From NCBI GenBank assembly GCA_965287045.1, contig OZ336885.1:63612001-63676000 (forward strand): a stretch of 64,000 nt of DNA, read 5' to 3'. This document shows, one piece after another, positions 1 through 12,649 of this stretch (positions are counted from its first letter, which is position 1; every line of letters begins with the position of its first letter). The DNA is from Carcharhinus amblyrhynchos. Taxonomy: Eukaryota. The position numbers and the translations under genes were made by a program. The notes beneath the pieces are model-generated. The model was not told the DNA's origin, did not search any database, and saw only the letters and a list, made by a program, of their open reading frames with translations.

Positions 1-1690
1 CGTATTGTTTATGCCCTGTACATTTCCATCCAAATCGTTGACACAGATAACAAACTGCAATGGACGCAGCCCTGACCCCTGTGGCACACGCCGAGTCACA
101 GGCCACCAGTCGGACAAGCATCCTTCCACCATAACATTCAGCGTCCGACTATCAATCAATTGGGATGGATAGGATAGAGGTGGGGAGACTCTTCCCGCTC
201 AAAAAAGACAGTAGGACTAGGGGGCAAAGCCTCAAGATAAAGGGGGGGGGGCGGTTTAGAACGGAGTTGAGGAGGAACTTCTTCACTCAAAGGGTGGTGA
301 ATCTCTGGAATTCTCTGCCCGTTGAAGTGGTGGAGGCTGCCTCGCTAAATATTTTTAAGACGCGGGTTGATGGATTTTTGATAAGAGAGGGGATTAAGGG
401 CTATGGGGAGAGGGCGGGAAAGTGGAACTGAGCCACGACAGATCAGCCATGATCTTATTGAATGGCGGGGCAGGCTCGAAGGGCTAGATGGCCTACTCCT
501 GCTCCTATTTCTTATGTTCTTATTTATTAGTTCTCCAAAGATTTCATGTGATCCGATCTTCTGGAGTAGCCACCATGTAGGACTATATCTAAAGTCTGTA
601 TAGACTTTGTCTACCGCCTTTCCCTCATCAACATATTTGTTAACTGTAACAAAGTCCGAGTCGAATCCTGTCTTTGCAAATGCCTGTACCCCTTACCCCT
701 CAGAATCCTCTCTAATTACTTACCCACCACATTGTTAGGCTTACCAGTCAATAATTCCCAGGTTTGTCTTTGCAGGCCATCTGAAATAAAGGCGCAACAT
801 GCGCTACCTCACTTTTTCTGGATTCTCATCCATGGCTAATGATGATTCAAATATCTTAGTCAGGTCCCAGTCAATTTATTTTCTAGCCTCATGCAGTGTT
901 CCTGGGCGGGAGCAGAAGATTCATCCAACTTCATATATGTTGATACGCCCATCATTTTCTCTATTTTACTGTGAGCTGCCCCGAATATATCATCACTAAC
1001 TTTTCCAGGTGTCAATGTCGTCATGTATTTTTTCATGATGAACACAGTGGAGAGACATTTATTGAAAACCTCTCCTGCCTGCTGCTGCTAAGCATATGTG
1101 TAAGCTCTGGTCTTTGAGGGATCCGATTGCAACTCGAGTTATTTTACTTTTCCCCTATTCTACTTAAATTAGCCTTTTGATTCACCATAAATGTCTCAGC
1201 CAATGTTAAATCGTGCCCCCTGCTGTCCTTCCAAAATCCTTATTGAGAGCATTCCTATGTCTTCTCTCCTTCACCAGGGAACATCCCATGATTCCAGCTT
1301 TTGCTTCCCCAGCCATAACACCTTATTTTTTGTTCCTGTTCGAAGCCTCATTATGTTGTCATCCATGGTTCCCTACTCCTGCGAGCATTGCACTTCAAGC
1401 GAAAATGAACATATGGACCTTGAACTCTTGATTTTTCACTGTTTAAGAACTCCTCCTTTTGCCGTCAATCAGGCTACTTCAGGCAACTTTTCCAAATTTC
1501 TGCATAATTTAGTTACATTTCATCTTGCCCTAATTTAGATTTGCACCAGTTTACCAGTTTTGACCCTTCCGCTAACAACTTTAAAATTAGTGGGACTATG
1601 GTCATTGGTCTCAACGTTGTCCCCCAACATCAATTCAGTCACACAGCCTGCCCTATTCCTCAAAAATAAGTCATGATTTGCTCTTTCACA
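1..1690 (-). mobile_element. Old, decayed CR1 LINE ORF2 fragment (RT toward endonuclease end), interrupted at 163-523 by a young CR1
   Basis: Minus strand of 60-100 reads GVPQGSGLRPLQF, like the CR1 RT motif GVPQGSVLGPLLF. 1580-1670 resembles the CR1 APE end (LDL..GNEAGQV..SDH). Heavily disrupted. Confidence 0.7.
163..523 (+). mobile_element. Young 5'-truncated CR1/HER1-like LINE 3' end
   Basis: ORF 165-431 (RTRGQSLK..RRNFFTQRVVNLWNSLP..FKTRVDGFL) is the CR1 ORF2 C-terminus. The 3' UTR ends in TTCTTATG repeats and is near-identical to 15211-15575. Confidence 0.95.
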
Positions 1691-1869
1691 ACAGGGTTCT
1701 AATGATAATTAAGAAATAAACCTGAGATTATTTGGATGACAAACTCCTGAAATTGTTCTCAGTTTCTTAAGTTGCAGAAGTGATTACCTCTGAAAGAAAA
1801 CAGTTCAATGTTTGGAAACAGTTCGCAAAATCGTGCAGAAACACCCATCGTTTTCTCAGATGTTGATGC

Positions 1870-2150
1870 TCTGACTCAAAGAGAAACATGGTAAGAAATC
1901 TGTTGCAAAGAAAGTCGGTTGACCATGGGGGAAAATTATTTGAACCAAATACTGGTGCACAATGTTCGCAAAGGGATAAAATCTCGTTCAGCAAAACCCT
2001 GCCTTTTGAACAGTTCATCCTTACTTGTTAGGAGAGTGAAATCTATTTCTGCCAAAGATAATGGTGGGTTCTACGTGGTGACACAGAGCAGTGACGGTGT
2101 TTCCAGATTTTTAGACAGTTATATTCATAAAGAAGGTTGTGGGTGACAGG
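1870..2150 (+). mobile_element. Highly decayed CR1 3' fragment
   Basis: Weak resemblance to the CR1 ORF2 C-terminal region (..RFLDSYIHKEGCG, like LDxFL..kGI.GYG). Confidence 0.4.
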
Positions 2151-3769
2151 CAACGGCCCAAGTTAAATATGTATACATATATTTTTTTTTCCGTTGTAGA
2201 ATGCTAAACCAACACTCACCGTCAATATTTCATTCACTTCCTTCCTTGGTGTGCTATCACTATATACATTGCATGGTCAGAAACAGTAGACGCGACATTA
2301 AAGTTATATTAATCAAAACCTCATCTTAACCTTTTTTTGCTAGTCCTTCTTTGAGTCCCTTTAACTCTATAAATAATTAAAATGGAATGACGTTAAGCCA
2401 GAATTTTATGTATATTTGACTTTCTCATTTCTTACTTTAAAACACAAAATGAAAAGAAACGGAACGATAGGAAGACCCTTCAGCTTTTTGCTGCATTCAA
2501 CAATCAACTGCAAAATCCTAATAATTCAATATTTTGTATGATTCTCGAGTATCGTAAAGCTACAGACGGGAATGTATACATCAAATTGTCAACCTGAGCA
2601 ACGTGGTTGAGAATTATCGAGCGCAATTTTTATTTTCCCTCATCTCAGTCCTAATTGCCTCACTCTTTTCAGGAGCTTATTAACATTCAGGCTCGCCTCG
2701 TTTAATAATTGTGTAAGCTTGAGTAGAGACTTTTTTTTTCTCGTATGGTCTAAAAAAATGTAGGTGACATGTTGACATCACCTAAACACATGCTATCATC
2801 TTTTCCATTACAGATTATAATTTCCTCAAATAATTATGTGCGCCGACCTATAAGACTAGTGTCACCTTGATCTCCTGTTCATTCCTCGTATCAGCACCAG
2901 TGGTTATCTCCATCTATGAGCACTGAGAGTAGAGGCTCCATGATTATTTCAAGTTGCATTGCTGCTCAGGAGACTTTCCAGGTCGGAACGTCAGCATTTC
3001 CGTAAAATTCCGATAAGTGCAAGATGATGCTCAAACTGAGCGTTGACATTGTGGATACAGTTTCTATTCCCTATGAACTGAATCTAAGTCTTCCTAATCC
3101 ACTGGTCAACATTCATATTGATAGACAACAACAATTCCACCAGTACTGTCCATAAACTGGTTATCCACAAGACTGTTTCCTCAGCCCCTTTCCCTACAAC
3201 TGAAATAACTTTGAGTGTGTGGCCAAATTCTACAGCAAATCGACAGTCAAAATTGTTGATGGCATCACCATAATGGGCCAGTCCGAAACACAAATTATGA
3301 AGCAGGTTTGACGAAAGATATAGAACATCTGGCGAATTGGTGTGTTGGCAATAACGTCTCCCGCAATGTCACTAAATGACACTTAAGGCGATAGTCAAAT
3401 ACCTCAGGAATTGTAGTGGAGAAAATGTTACTTTTTACATCAACGGGGAGGCAGCGAATCTTGGAGAGAGATTGCAGTATTTAGTGGTCAAATCGTCACG
3501 AGTTTGTCTTTGCCAATCCATGCCGACGGAAGGGTAACAAACGTATACCTAGCCTCTAATTTCTAAGTATTTGAAGGAGATTCGGCATGCCTGCTACAAT
3601 GTTCGCGAAGGTTCGGAGATAGACCATAGAATGCATCATCTCTGGATATATCACACCTTGACGTGGCTCGTGTTCTGTCCAAGACCGAAACAAAATGAAC
3701 TAGAACTTGCGAATGGCCAGTTCATCAAACCAACCGTGTTCCGATCCGTTGAATCAAAACGGCCAAAAA

Positions 3770-5150
3770 AAGCTGCAAACACTCGGCAGGTCAGGAAACA
3801 TCTGTAAAGTGTAAAACAAGAAAATGAGTTTTCGAATCCAGATGACATCTTTTTTTTTTGAAAGCTAAAAGGCATAAACAATTGTGAGGTATAGGGCATG
3901 TGAATCACAGATGAGTCACAGTCACAACAACTGAGTGAAAGGCTACGGGGTGTCAATAGCTGTCCATCGAGCAAATAGAAATTGTGAATTTTCAAACGAC
4001 AGGGAAGCTGAAAGTGAAAGCTGTGACAAAAGACAATATGTCGGGAGGTGGGGGTATGAGTAAGATGTGTTCAAATTCAGCAATAAAAGGGAAAACGGAA
4101 GCATAGTTGGAGTAAGTGTAAGGGATGGAGACAAAAAAAGTGGAAATCATTGCAGGAACGGGAAACATAAAGGAAGACAATGAAAAATAAAATGAAAAAA
4201 AAAACTGTTAAAAGGTAAATAAAATTAAAACAAAATGTCCAAAGCCTTTGTAGACCGGAAGGCTGAAAAATGCCGGACATGAGGATGAGATGCATTTCCT
4301 CCAGTTTGTGTTGAACTTCACTGGAACATTGCAGCAAGCCGAGGATTCACATGCGGGCATATGAGCAGGACCCTGTGTTAAAATGAAAATCAAGGGGAAG
4401 TTCAGGGCCATGATTGCCTGCCGAGAGATAGTGCTCAACAAAGCCATCACCCTGCCTACATTTCGTCTGCCCACCATTGCAACAATTGGGGACAGCGAAT
4501 GCAACAGATCAAATTGAAAGTTGTACGACTTTAACGTTGCTTAACCTGGAATTAATGTTTTGGACATTGGATGAACGGGGTAGAAAATTTAAAAAAGGCA
4601 CGTGTTGCATCTTCTGCGATTGCATGGACGGATGTCATTAGTGATGGGAGAGATCTTAAGTATAATGGAGTTGTGGATTAAATTATAACGTAAGGAACGA
4701 TCACAGTGGAATGCTGACAGAGGGACTGAAGGGAAAATGTGTTTAATGGTGGCATCACACTGGTGTTGTCGAAAATTTCGAGATATTTTGATTTGCATGC
4801 AGAGACTAATAGTGTCCAACGTGAAACCCAGTGATGTTCTGTCCTTGTGCTGAAAGGGAAGCGAGGTTGTGAGGGTCAGGACGCTGTTGTGATCATTGTC
4901 AGCAACTGGAGATGGGAAATGCGGTTCCCGGGGGAGGGGGTGAGGTTAGGTAACACATATTAGAGGCATTAATTTGAGAAGTGGCATCATCGAAATAAAT
5001 GTGGCCATGGAACAAAGTTTCATCTGTATTCGAAAGTCAGTTATGTATTCTCCTGACTGATTCTGCCAGACATGTTGATATTTTCCTGCAATTTTCTCTT
5101 TTGTTTTCAGATTAGAGCATCCACAGTAATTTTGTCTTCTTCCTTCTGTT
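3770..5150 (-). mobile_element. Penelope-like element remnant (GIY-YIG endonuclease region plus pseudo-LTR ends)
   Basis: Minus-strand peptides: HIFPSVPLSAFHCDRSLR..PCNRRRCNTC (4589-4819), CIRCP..GQTKCRQGDGFVEH (~4430-4505) and CSSEVQHKLEEMHLILMSGIFQPSGL (4250-4337) match the PLE C-terminus. pLTR-like sequence at 3770-3850 (-) and 5050-5140 (+). Confidence 0.85.
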
Positions 5151-5268
5151 GACACTCTCTACAGAGAACGCTGCTTGGTGCATGCATCCAACAAATTGAA
5201 GGGACTAAGGAAGGACAGATAAATTATATTCCACCTTCTTCCATCAGGAAACAAGAACAAAGGTACCA

Positions 5269-5604
5269 GGAGGTAGAATGAGCAGGGATTAACATTGTTG
5301 CCTCACAGCTCCAGGAATTCGGTTGGATTCCTGGATTTGGTCATTGTCTGTGTGAAGTTCGTAACATCTCCTTGTGAATGTGTTGGCATTTTTTTCCAGA
5401 TGCTACGATTTCCTCTCAAGGCACAACATTTGTTACACTTATTGGTCAGTACTAGATTGTCCCGTGGTGTCCCGGGATGCGGAGCTTACAGGGACGTGCA
5501 ACATAAATGTGTGACGATACGTGGATAATCCCTCAGTAGAATTATTGTTACTGCAGACTCAATGGATCTAGTGGCCTCCTTCTGCACTGTAGGGATTCTA
5601 TGAT
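5269..5604 (+). mobile_element. tRNA-derived HE1/V-SINE-like element
   Basis: tRNA-like head (gcctcacagctccagg..ggttggattcc), V-domain-like body, and tail ggcctccttctgcactgtagggattctatga. Confidence 0.85.
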
Positions 5605-5919
5605 GAAACCCTGTGGTAATGTATGAATCAGTCGCCGATTCCATGTTTCCGACTTTGTTTTTCAACTTATTAGTTCAGGAAGCTAAAATGTATAAACTCT
5701 AGAAAATATTCTGATATGGTATCGTGGCAACTTGCTTTCCTCAATCTGTTAAAATGACTAAAATTATTGTTGCTCCGTCATGCATACACATTGACTATAC
5801 TGTATGTTGTAATTCTTAACATCCCTACTAAATGTAATGGGTTTTTTTTACAATCGAGTAAACTTTTTTTCCACTTCGTGTTTCGCAGATCTATGCATAT
5901 TGATTCTTGATCTTCGGAA

Positions 5920-7250
5920 CTAATATCATTTCTCATTGTTGTTTTAAATGCCACTTTAAACAGAGTTGAAAACCTGCCTTTTCTTTTTTCTGGTTGTCGT
6001 TCCTAATCATTGACTATCAGCGGAAATCCATTTCCCACCGATGGATACACTTTTCTAATGCCTGTCACATTCTACCAATTTTCATATATTAACGAGATGA
6101 AGTCAACCATGATTGTGAATGTTACGTGCATTTAGGTGAAACACCTTAAGTTTTGCATCTGAAACATTACCTAACAGTTTCCCACGACATGTTCCTTTTG
6201 GCCCATTTGATTCTGGCCCGTGATGTCACTACCTAATACTATCGTTATTTCCCTTACCGACTTTGATTCTTCTCTTTGCTGACCCATCCTTTCACTCCTT
6301 GTGTAAGTAAACTCCCCCTGCCATTTTATTTTTTAAAATGGATCCATTCATGAACATGGTCACAGTAACAGATCAGTACATTTCCTGTCCAGCTTTAACC
6401 AGTCCAGCCTGCATTATTTCAAGCTTCCCGAGAATTGGTCGCAGTGCCCCACAAATGTTAAACCCGAACCCCAGACCCCCCACTGACCCAGATGTTTATT
6501 TTTTCTACTCTGACTAGCACTTACCACTTGCTGGTATTTTGAGATCATTATGTTTTATGTCTTTGTTCTCGACAGCATCAACATCTTAATTTATGCTTTT
6601 AGGACCTAATGTCTTTTGTTTTGCAAATTTCATCTGAACCAATGTCCTGTAAAACATTCCAAACATGAATGAACACATGACAATTGAGGCATCAACACCA
6701 TCCTGGAATATATTTTGCAGACAAGGGCACGCTTATCTATTACCGCTTCTTTTCTATCACCGAAAAAACTGTTGCATTTCCAAACATTTTATTTTTTCCC
6801 TGTTCAATAGGGACAATCATGACACAGTAAATTCTGCCATTGTCATTGTCCACTCAGATACCATTCCGCACAATTCCATCCGAAGCTGTATGTACATTTT
6901 GTGGAAAATAGGCACAAAGAACTCCAGCACTGCCTGACTATTCATCCTGATCAGTCTAGCTGTCCGCTCTTCCTTTACTGCCTGTGAAGTTGGAGCTACA
7001 TGAATATGCATAACATTTTTTTCCTTGCAAATGCACTAGCAATTTGACCATATCCGCTGCTCCATCTCAAAAATCCGGGCTCCCAAAGATATTTTGCTAC
7101 GTATGTCAACGTCTTGCAACACAGCACACAAAATCGACGCCATAGTTTTGAGATGTTCCGCATAGAGCTTCTCATTTCATTATCGTTTGCATAATGCTTA
7201 ATATGAATTAAGATCAATTATTCTTGAAAGCTCCTGCTCTGGTGCTAGTG
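5920..7250 (-). mobile_element. Decayed CR1 endonuclease-region fragment
   Basis: Minus strand of 6800-6990 resembles CR1 APE (GK.GG.ALLIR..AVL..IWVELRN). Very degenerate. Confidence 0.5.
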
Positions 7251-7399
7251 ACTACATAATATAAACTTAACAAACTTTCAGCCGCAAGTAAGACCTTAAA
7301 GATGATAAACAACGCACATTTTCTAACTCATTTTGAACTAAGTATGCACTTGCCACAATGGGGCAAAGTGGGCTTGATGTTTGCAATGTGCAACTTCAG

Positions 7400-8665
7400 A
7401 GAAATTCACAAAATCCCTTCTTGAATCACATCTTGTACATGACCATCAACTGTGAGGGTTAATATTACGTTTTGTTTTGCAAATAAAATAATTGCGCAGA
7501 ACAACATGTACCATACGATGTTTTTTTTTCTGAAAAAAGGGAACCACCACAGATGTAACTTACAATCAGAGAGGTATGAGGCAGGCATGACCCATGGAAG
7601 CGCACTATTCCATCTATTTTGCTGCAACCTTCATCTCACACTCCGCAAGCTCCGTGCCAATGTACAGATAAATGGCAGATTAAAATGTTAGCTGTTCATC
7701 AACCAGGGACTGCAGACGAGATTCATGTTTGTGACAATCTCTCGAATTGGACAGTCGTCTATGGACTCGGCAAGGACCTCAGCACATGCGAAAGTGCAGT
7801 TGAAAATAGTATCAACATTTTCCCAGATTACGGCAAGACATTTGTGCCTTGCTATAAACATTCATAAAACGATTTAATCCACGTTTAACATCGCGACACC
7901 GTAGAGGGCAGTCGGGCAGTGATGACAATTGAAGGCGAGGCTCCAGGCGCACATCTCCACATTACACAAGGTGGAAACCTACTGGCAAAAAAGAACAGTC
8001 ACGACAATGATTATCAACACCCCCTTAGACTCCCAAATCAGTTTTCCATTTACAGAGGGATAGATTGTTCGAATTCCGGGAACTGGAAACTGTCCCAAGG
8101 TTATAATCTAGAGAACAGGCATGATACCTGTCCTCAGATTTCGCTCATGGACGTTGTATATGCACGTCAATATCCTGGAGCAGTACAGGTCGTGCTGCCT
8201 CCTCAAATATCTATGGGCACGGTAGAGGTCCCAAAGTAACTGTTCTCTCTCGAGCCAAAGTCCACATCACTGAATCGTTGACCACAATGCATCTGTACCA
8301 CAAGAAGTATGATATTTTCAGCATGTCTCAAACAAGATGACTGTACTGGACGTCTACTAGGTGCTGAGTAACGAAAGAGAGCACCAAAAGTGCTGACGGA
8401 ACTCTTCAAGTCCGACCTTAAAACCATCTGAATGCATGCCTGGGAAATACTGACAAAAAAAAGAAAATGTCCGAGAGCCGAGGACCAGCATCAGGGCAGG
8501 GGATGAGCACCAAGAATGCCACCACAGAGAGCAAGCTGATGCGAAACGTTGACAGGAAAAATAAGGGCTATAAGCTCCTGGAAACTTGCCCTTGTCTCCT
8601 CAAGCTTCATCTGCCACCAATGAAATGGATTGACTGTTCCAGAATGGACTCATCCAATTCTGGGC
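7400..8665 (+). mobile_element. Decayed RTE-clade LINE 3' part
   Basis: 8145-8200 reads SWTLY..LEQY..CL (like ETWTLY..LEKYHQRCLR). Downstream segments resemble KRAP.G.RK.FKD.LK and WE.LA.DR..WR.SIR.G, and a terminal TCP..C..IGL.S zinc-finger remnant lies at ~8585-8650. Confidence 0.7.
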
Positions 8666-9194
8666 AAATCATGCTAGTGTGCATAATGGAACGTTAAAAA
8701 AAAACATTATAAATGTTTGCCTTAATTACAATCTGCTCAATAGTGCCAGATGAGTGAACTTTGCATTAAGAATCCGTCTGTAGCACATTAGTGGCACGTT
8801 TTCTCCCCGTCGCTGTCTGTTTAAACGAATGGAGCTCAGCAAGCGATTCAGAAACGAAAAAGGTAACGAAAAGCACTTTCTTGCGTGCAAGTGCTGTAGG
8901 TCAGTGTCACATATGCATTAATGTATTTGCATTACCCATTATTTATATCGAAGGTTGAAACATTTCTTGGCTGACGAGATTATGATTTGCTAGAACTTAC
9001 GTTTTATTGTGAATGAGAATATAACTAATAATGCAAATACAGTGCACATATTCAGCATTTTCAGTAATAATTGGGATTTAACGAACAGTTGAATCGAACT
9101 TTAGTCTTAAAATAAAAAAAAAACATATTTTGTGAAAAATGCAAATAGTGTTTTGACGACTATCTAACAGAACATACTGCCACCAACACACAAT

Positions 9195-9305
9195 CTCTCC
9201 CTTTCCCTCTGCTTCTGTCTGTTTGCCTGTCTGTCCGTCTGTCTGTCTCTCTCTTTCTCACTCTCTCATTCCCTCCCTTCCTCTCCCTATCTCTCTGTCT
9301 CTGCT
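9195..9305. repeat. Pyrimidine-rich (TCTG)/(CT) low-complexity tract
   Basis: Directly visible imperfect tctg/ct repeats. Confidence 0.85.
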
Positions 9306-10084
9306 TACACAGAGAAGAATGGTGAGGTGACATGGGGATGATTCCTCACTGGTAATCGATTGCTAAAACATTGATCTGATGAAGTAAATACCGAAGATGC
9401 ATTTCAGACGACGTTTGACAATTATACAATAGGGAAATTAAAATCGGGTTGTGTGGTCTGTAAATTCTGAATTAATGTCCATGATGGTAAACTACAACAT
9501 TTGGATGCTGTGCATAAAATGCAATTTTTATTTAATCATCCAATTAGGTTCATTTTTGTTACACATATGGCATTCAAATTGTTTTACCTGCTTTGGTGTC
9601 TTTCGTGCGTTGATCTAATTGAAAGTTCGTATTGTTTTTGTAAATAAATGAAACTAAAAAAAAAAACAAAGCAGATTTTCTGGTTCACCACAAACCATTT
9701 CTCATGGATGTCCGCATCATGGCATTTTGGTTTCGAATTTATTCAGTAAACATCTGAGTACGGAAATGAGGCAAAATGTTCAGCACTGATTGAAATGCCT
9801 AACACTATCATGAAGATATGGCTGCGACGAAACAGACTGCACTTACTGCTTTCTCCCCAACCACACAACACATTATTGCCATAACGATGGAGTCCTACTG
9901 CTCAGAAAGAGTACGTTGGGTTCATCGATTTAGCATCAACTCTTTGAAAGAGGGATTCACCCAGCCCCGCCGTTTTCCTCGAAATATTGCCCATTGATCA
10001 AGTCTCCTCCTCTAATGTATATTTATTTGGAGAGCAAGGAAAACAATGCATTGCCATTACACCAATTCTACATATATTCGAACT

Positions 10085-10230
10085 GCTGAAGGAAACCGGA
10101 GCTCCTTCTGATACACAAGCAGACATGGGGAAAATTTGAAAACTCCTCAAGGTCCGATACCACGATATATTCGTGAAAATTTAATGTCATTGGCAATGAA
10201 GTCATACCTTTGTTCACGAACTGACAGAGT
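10085..10230 (-). mobile_element. Decayed V-SINE remnant
   Basis: gaaggaaaccggagc..cagacatggggaaaatttgaaaactcc matches the reverse complement of the SINE V-domain seen at 42800-42870. Confidence 0.55.
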
Positions 10231-12649
10231 ACAAATGTTAATACATTTCTGCAGCGATACAACAGTGTACTTTTGCTCGTTTTGACGCTCTTACGGAAAC
10301 GACATTTCACATTTTGGGTGACCTCTGCAGCAATCAGATTTACTCGGCAACATCTGTCAGCACCAGTGATTTATTCTGATGCTAATGTGATCTCAACTTT
10401 GATTACACAATCAAAGCAAACATATAGGTATCCGCATGACATATTAGCTCAACTAGGAATTCTAAGGTATCAATTTACGTTAAAATGTGCATTATTTCGA
10501 AGGCAAAAACAAAGTCTGTTTTTAGACTCTTCTAAAAAGCCACTTGACATTTCGCCATTTTTGAAACCTTGAAGACATTTTCATCATGCCAACAATTAAT
10601 CAGCACTCGCAACATTGGAACAACATTTCACATCGAATGGCTAAAACAGCAAATTAATACTTGGTATTCTGCAATGAGAAATATGACATGAACCTCTATA
10701 GCTCTGGCCAGATATATAAGACACACTTTTTTAATGCAACTGAACATCTGTGCTCGGGTAGCTGAGAGCAACTGCACGAAATGATTATGGAATTCGATTC
10801 TGTATTCCAAAAATACCTATCACTCACGGATACATCATCTGTATTTCCTCAATGACCGACTCCTGCAGCACTGTCACAGCACGACGGTAAAACGTACCCT
10901 TCAGAGTAATCTGGAAATCAAAACATTCAATACCGTGTCCTAATATTGTCGCAGAACCTTTGGGAGCTCATCGCAAAGTAAGTGTGTGCCATCAAGGCAC
11001 ATGATGACCTGACTGGAAAGAGAAAAAAATGGGATCTCACGACCGTCATTTAAGAAATATGGCACCTTCTCCAAAGGATCATAACCAGTGGCCAGAAACG
11101 ACAGGCAGAAATAATTTCAAGTAAATCTTATTTCTTCATTTTTAAGGATAGCATCATATGGACAGGAACGCGTTTGTCATGATATGAATGCATAATTCGT
11201 TGAATTCATGGTAAATGTACTTCTCGGGAAGTTACTGGCATGATCAGAATTGAAATATCCATCACTTTGAACCACTTTGTGACAATAAATCGTAAAGTGA
11301 TAAGTTGTGCTTGCATAATACACTCATCTGTTTTCACGAACGATTTTGATAATCAACGAAGCAAGAGTGCAGTGGGGCACTGAAAGCCTTCTTGCCGCGG
11401 ATGAAAAAGGGCTACCGATAATTAAATTCATCTTCTGCTTCACAGATGCTTATTAAATTAGTAAATGCGAATTCGAGGAAGGGGAGGCACACTAATTGTA
11501 ATAGAGCCCGAACACATATGGAAATATATGTGTTTTATCGTCCCTTTGTATGAAGATGCCTCTCGGTCCCTCGTTCAAAGCTTAAAAAAAGAACTATGCT
11601 TATTTCAACCAAGTAGCTGGTGGGGAACGTCATTCTTCGAAGAGCACTGTTCTAATGTGAATTCCCAGCGTTTGTTCCATCGCCCATCGCTGATCAAAAT
11701 ATAGTTCAATTTCATTATAATTTGTTGCTCTGATGATAAATTTTAGTCGATGGAGACCTCAATGCGCTTCTATCTCCAGCTGCTAGACTTAGAGATGTTC
11801 TAAGTGGCCTTCGAATGAGCGTGTTGGAGGTGTTCCATTTCGCATTGCAAAAATAATGCACTGTCTGTCGCGGAGCCAGAAATATATGAATGCAAAGTTT
11901 TCAGCAACTCAGCTAACTTCCGCGCAATTATGTCGAAAGATGTGTCATCGTTTGGACATGTACTTGTCTCGTCAATGACATAGCTCTCCTTCACAATTTG
12001 AACTTAAGTGTTTCCGAACTCACTGGGCAGTTTGATTACTTAATTAACAGAAATGACCCACTGCTCGCCTGCTCTCTTAGTGAAAGCAATGAGATTCCGA
12101 GCTGTATCGAGATGCTGTTCAACCGTCATGATACCAATTTCCAATTATTTACTGAATTGCAGCCACATTTCTCTGAATGTTTTAGTGCCTGTCCCAACAT
12201 ATTTGAAATAAAATTTGTCCCTGAATTCTTGCTGGAGAAATTGGGCAGCAGGAAGCCAACAGGCAGAGAATAATGAAACAATACATTATGCAATTATGTA
12301 CACCAGCATTGTAGTATATTTCTTGCGTTGCAAATCTCTGCTCACCAACACTTTTCATGTAGTAGTTCAGGTCTAATTAAGACAAAAGCCAACAAATAAA
12401 ACGATGCAGATTTTAAAACCCATTTATTCTGAAGTGCACAGGAACATCACAAAGACCTTTGTAATATGTGCTCCACTGTCCATACTTCTAGAGGATCAAA
12501 CTCTGCGAGACGTCATCTTATTCAAGCATACATGCCAATTTGGGGGGATTTCATCTTCGTTGCTGAGGCAATGTTCATCATGTTTCTCTCTCTATGCTGA
12601 ATCAGTGAGTAACGTTTACGGATAATTGTTGATAACGTTAATGTGGAGA

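Larger units (their letters stand above)
2860..5900 (+). mobile_element. Decayed Rex1/Babar-type LINE split by a Penelope fragment and a SINE
   Basis: Collinear Rex1 RT motifs: 3245-3375 ~VKFADDTTIVG..EHLANWC..NN.S.NVTK. The element resumes at 5160-5260 (ERCL..AS..FHLLPSGNKNK, like FSLLPSGRRYRS), with 3' UTR-like sequence to ~5900. Confidence 0.75.

Noticed and set aside
3800-3860. Hammerhead in the Penelope pLTR end
   Set aside because: The CUGANGA core is replaced by an A-run on the minus strand; degenerate.
10500-10900. Possible DeuSINE/SacSINE1 remnant on the minus strand
   Set aside because: Similarity too weak to support by eye; needs a profile search.
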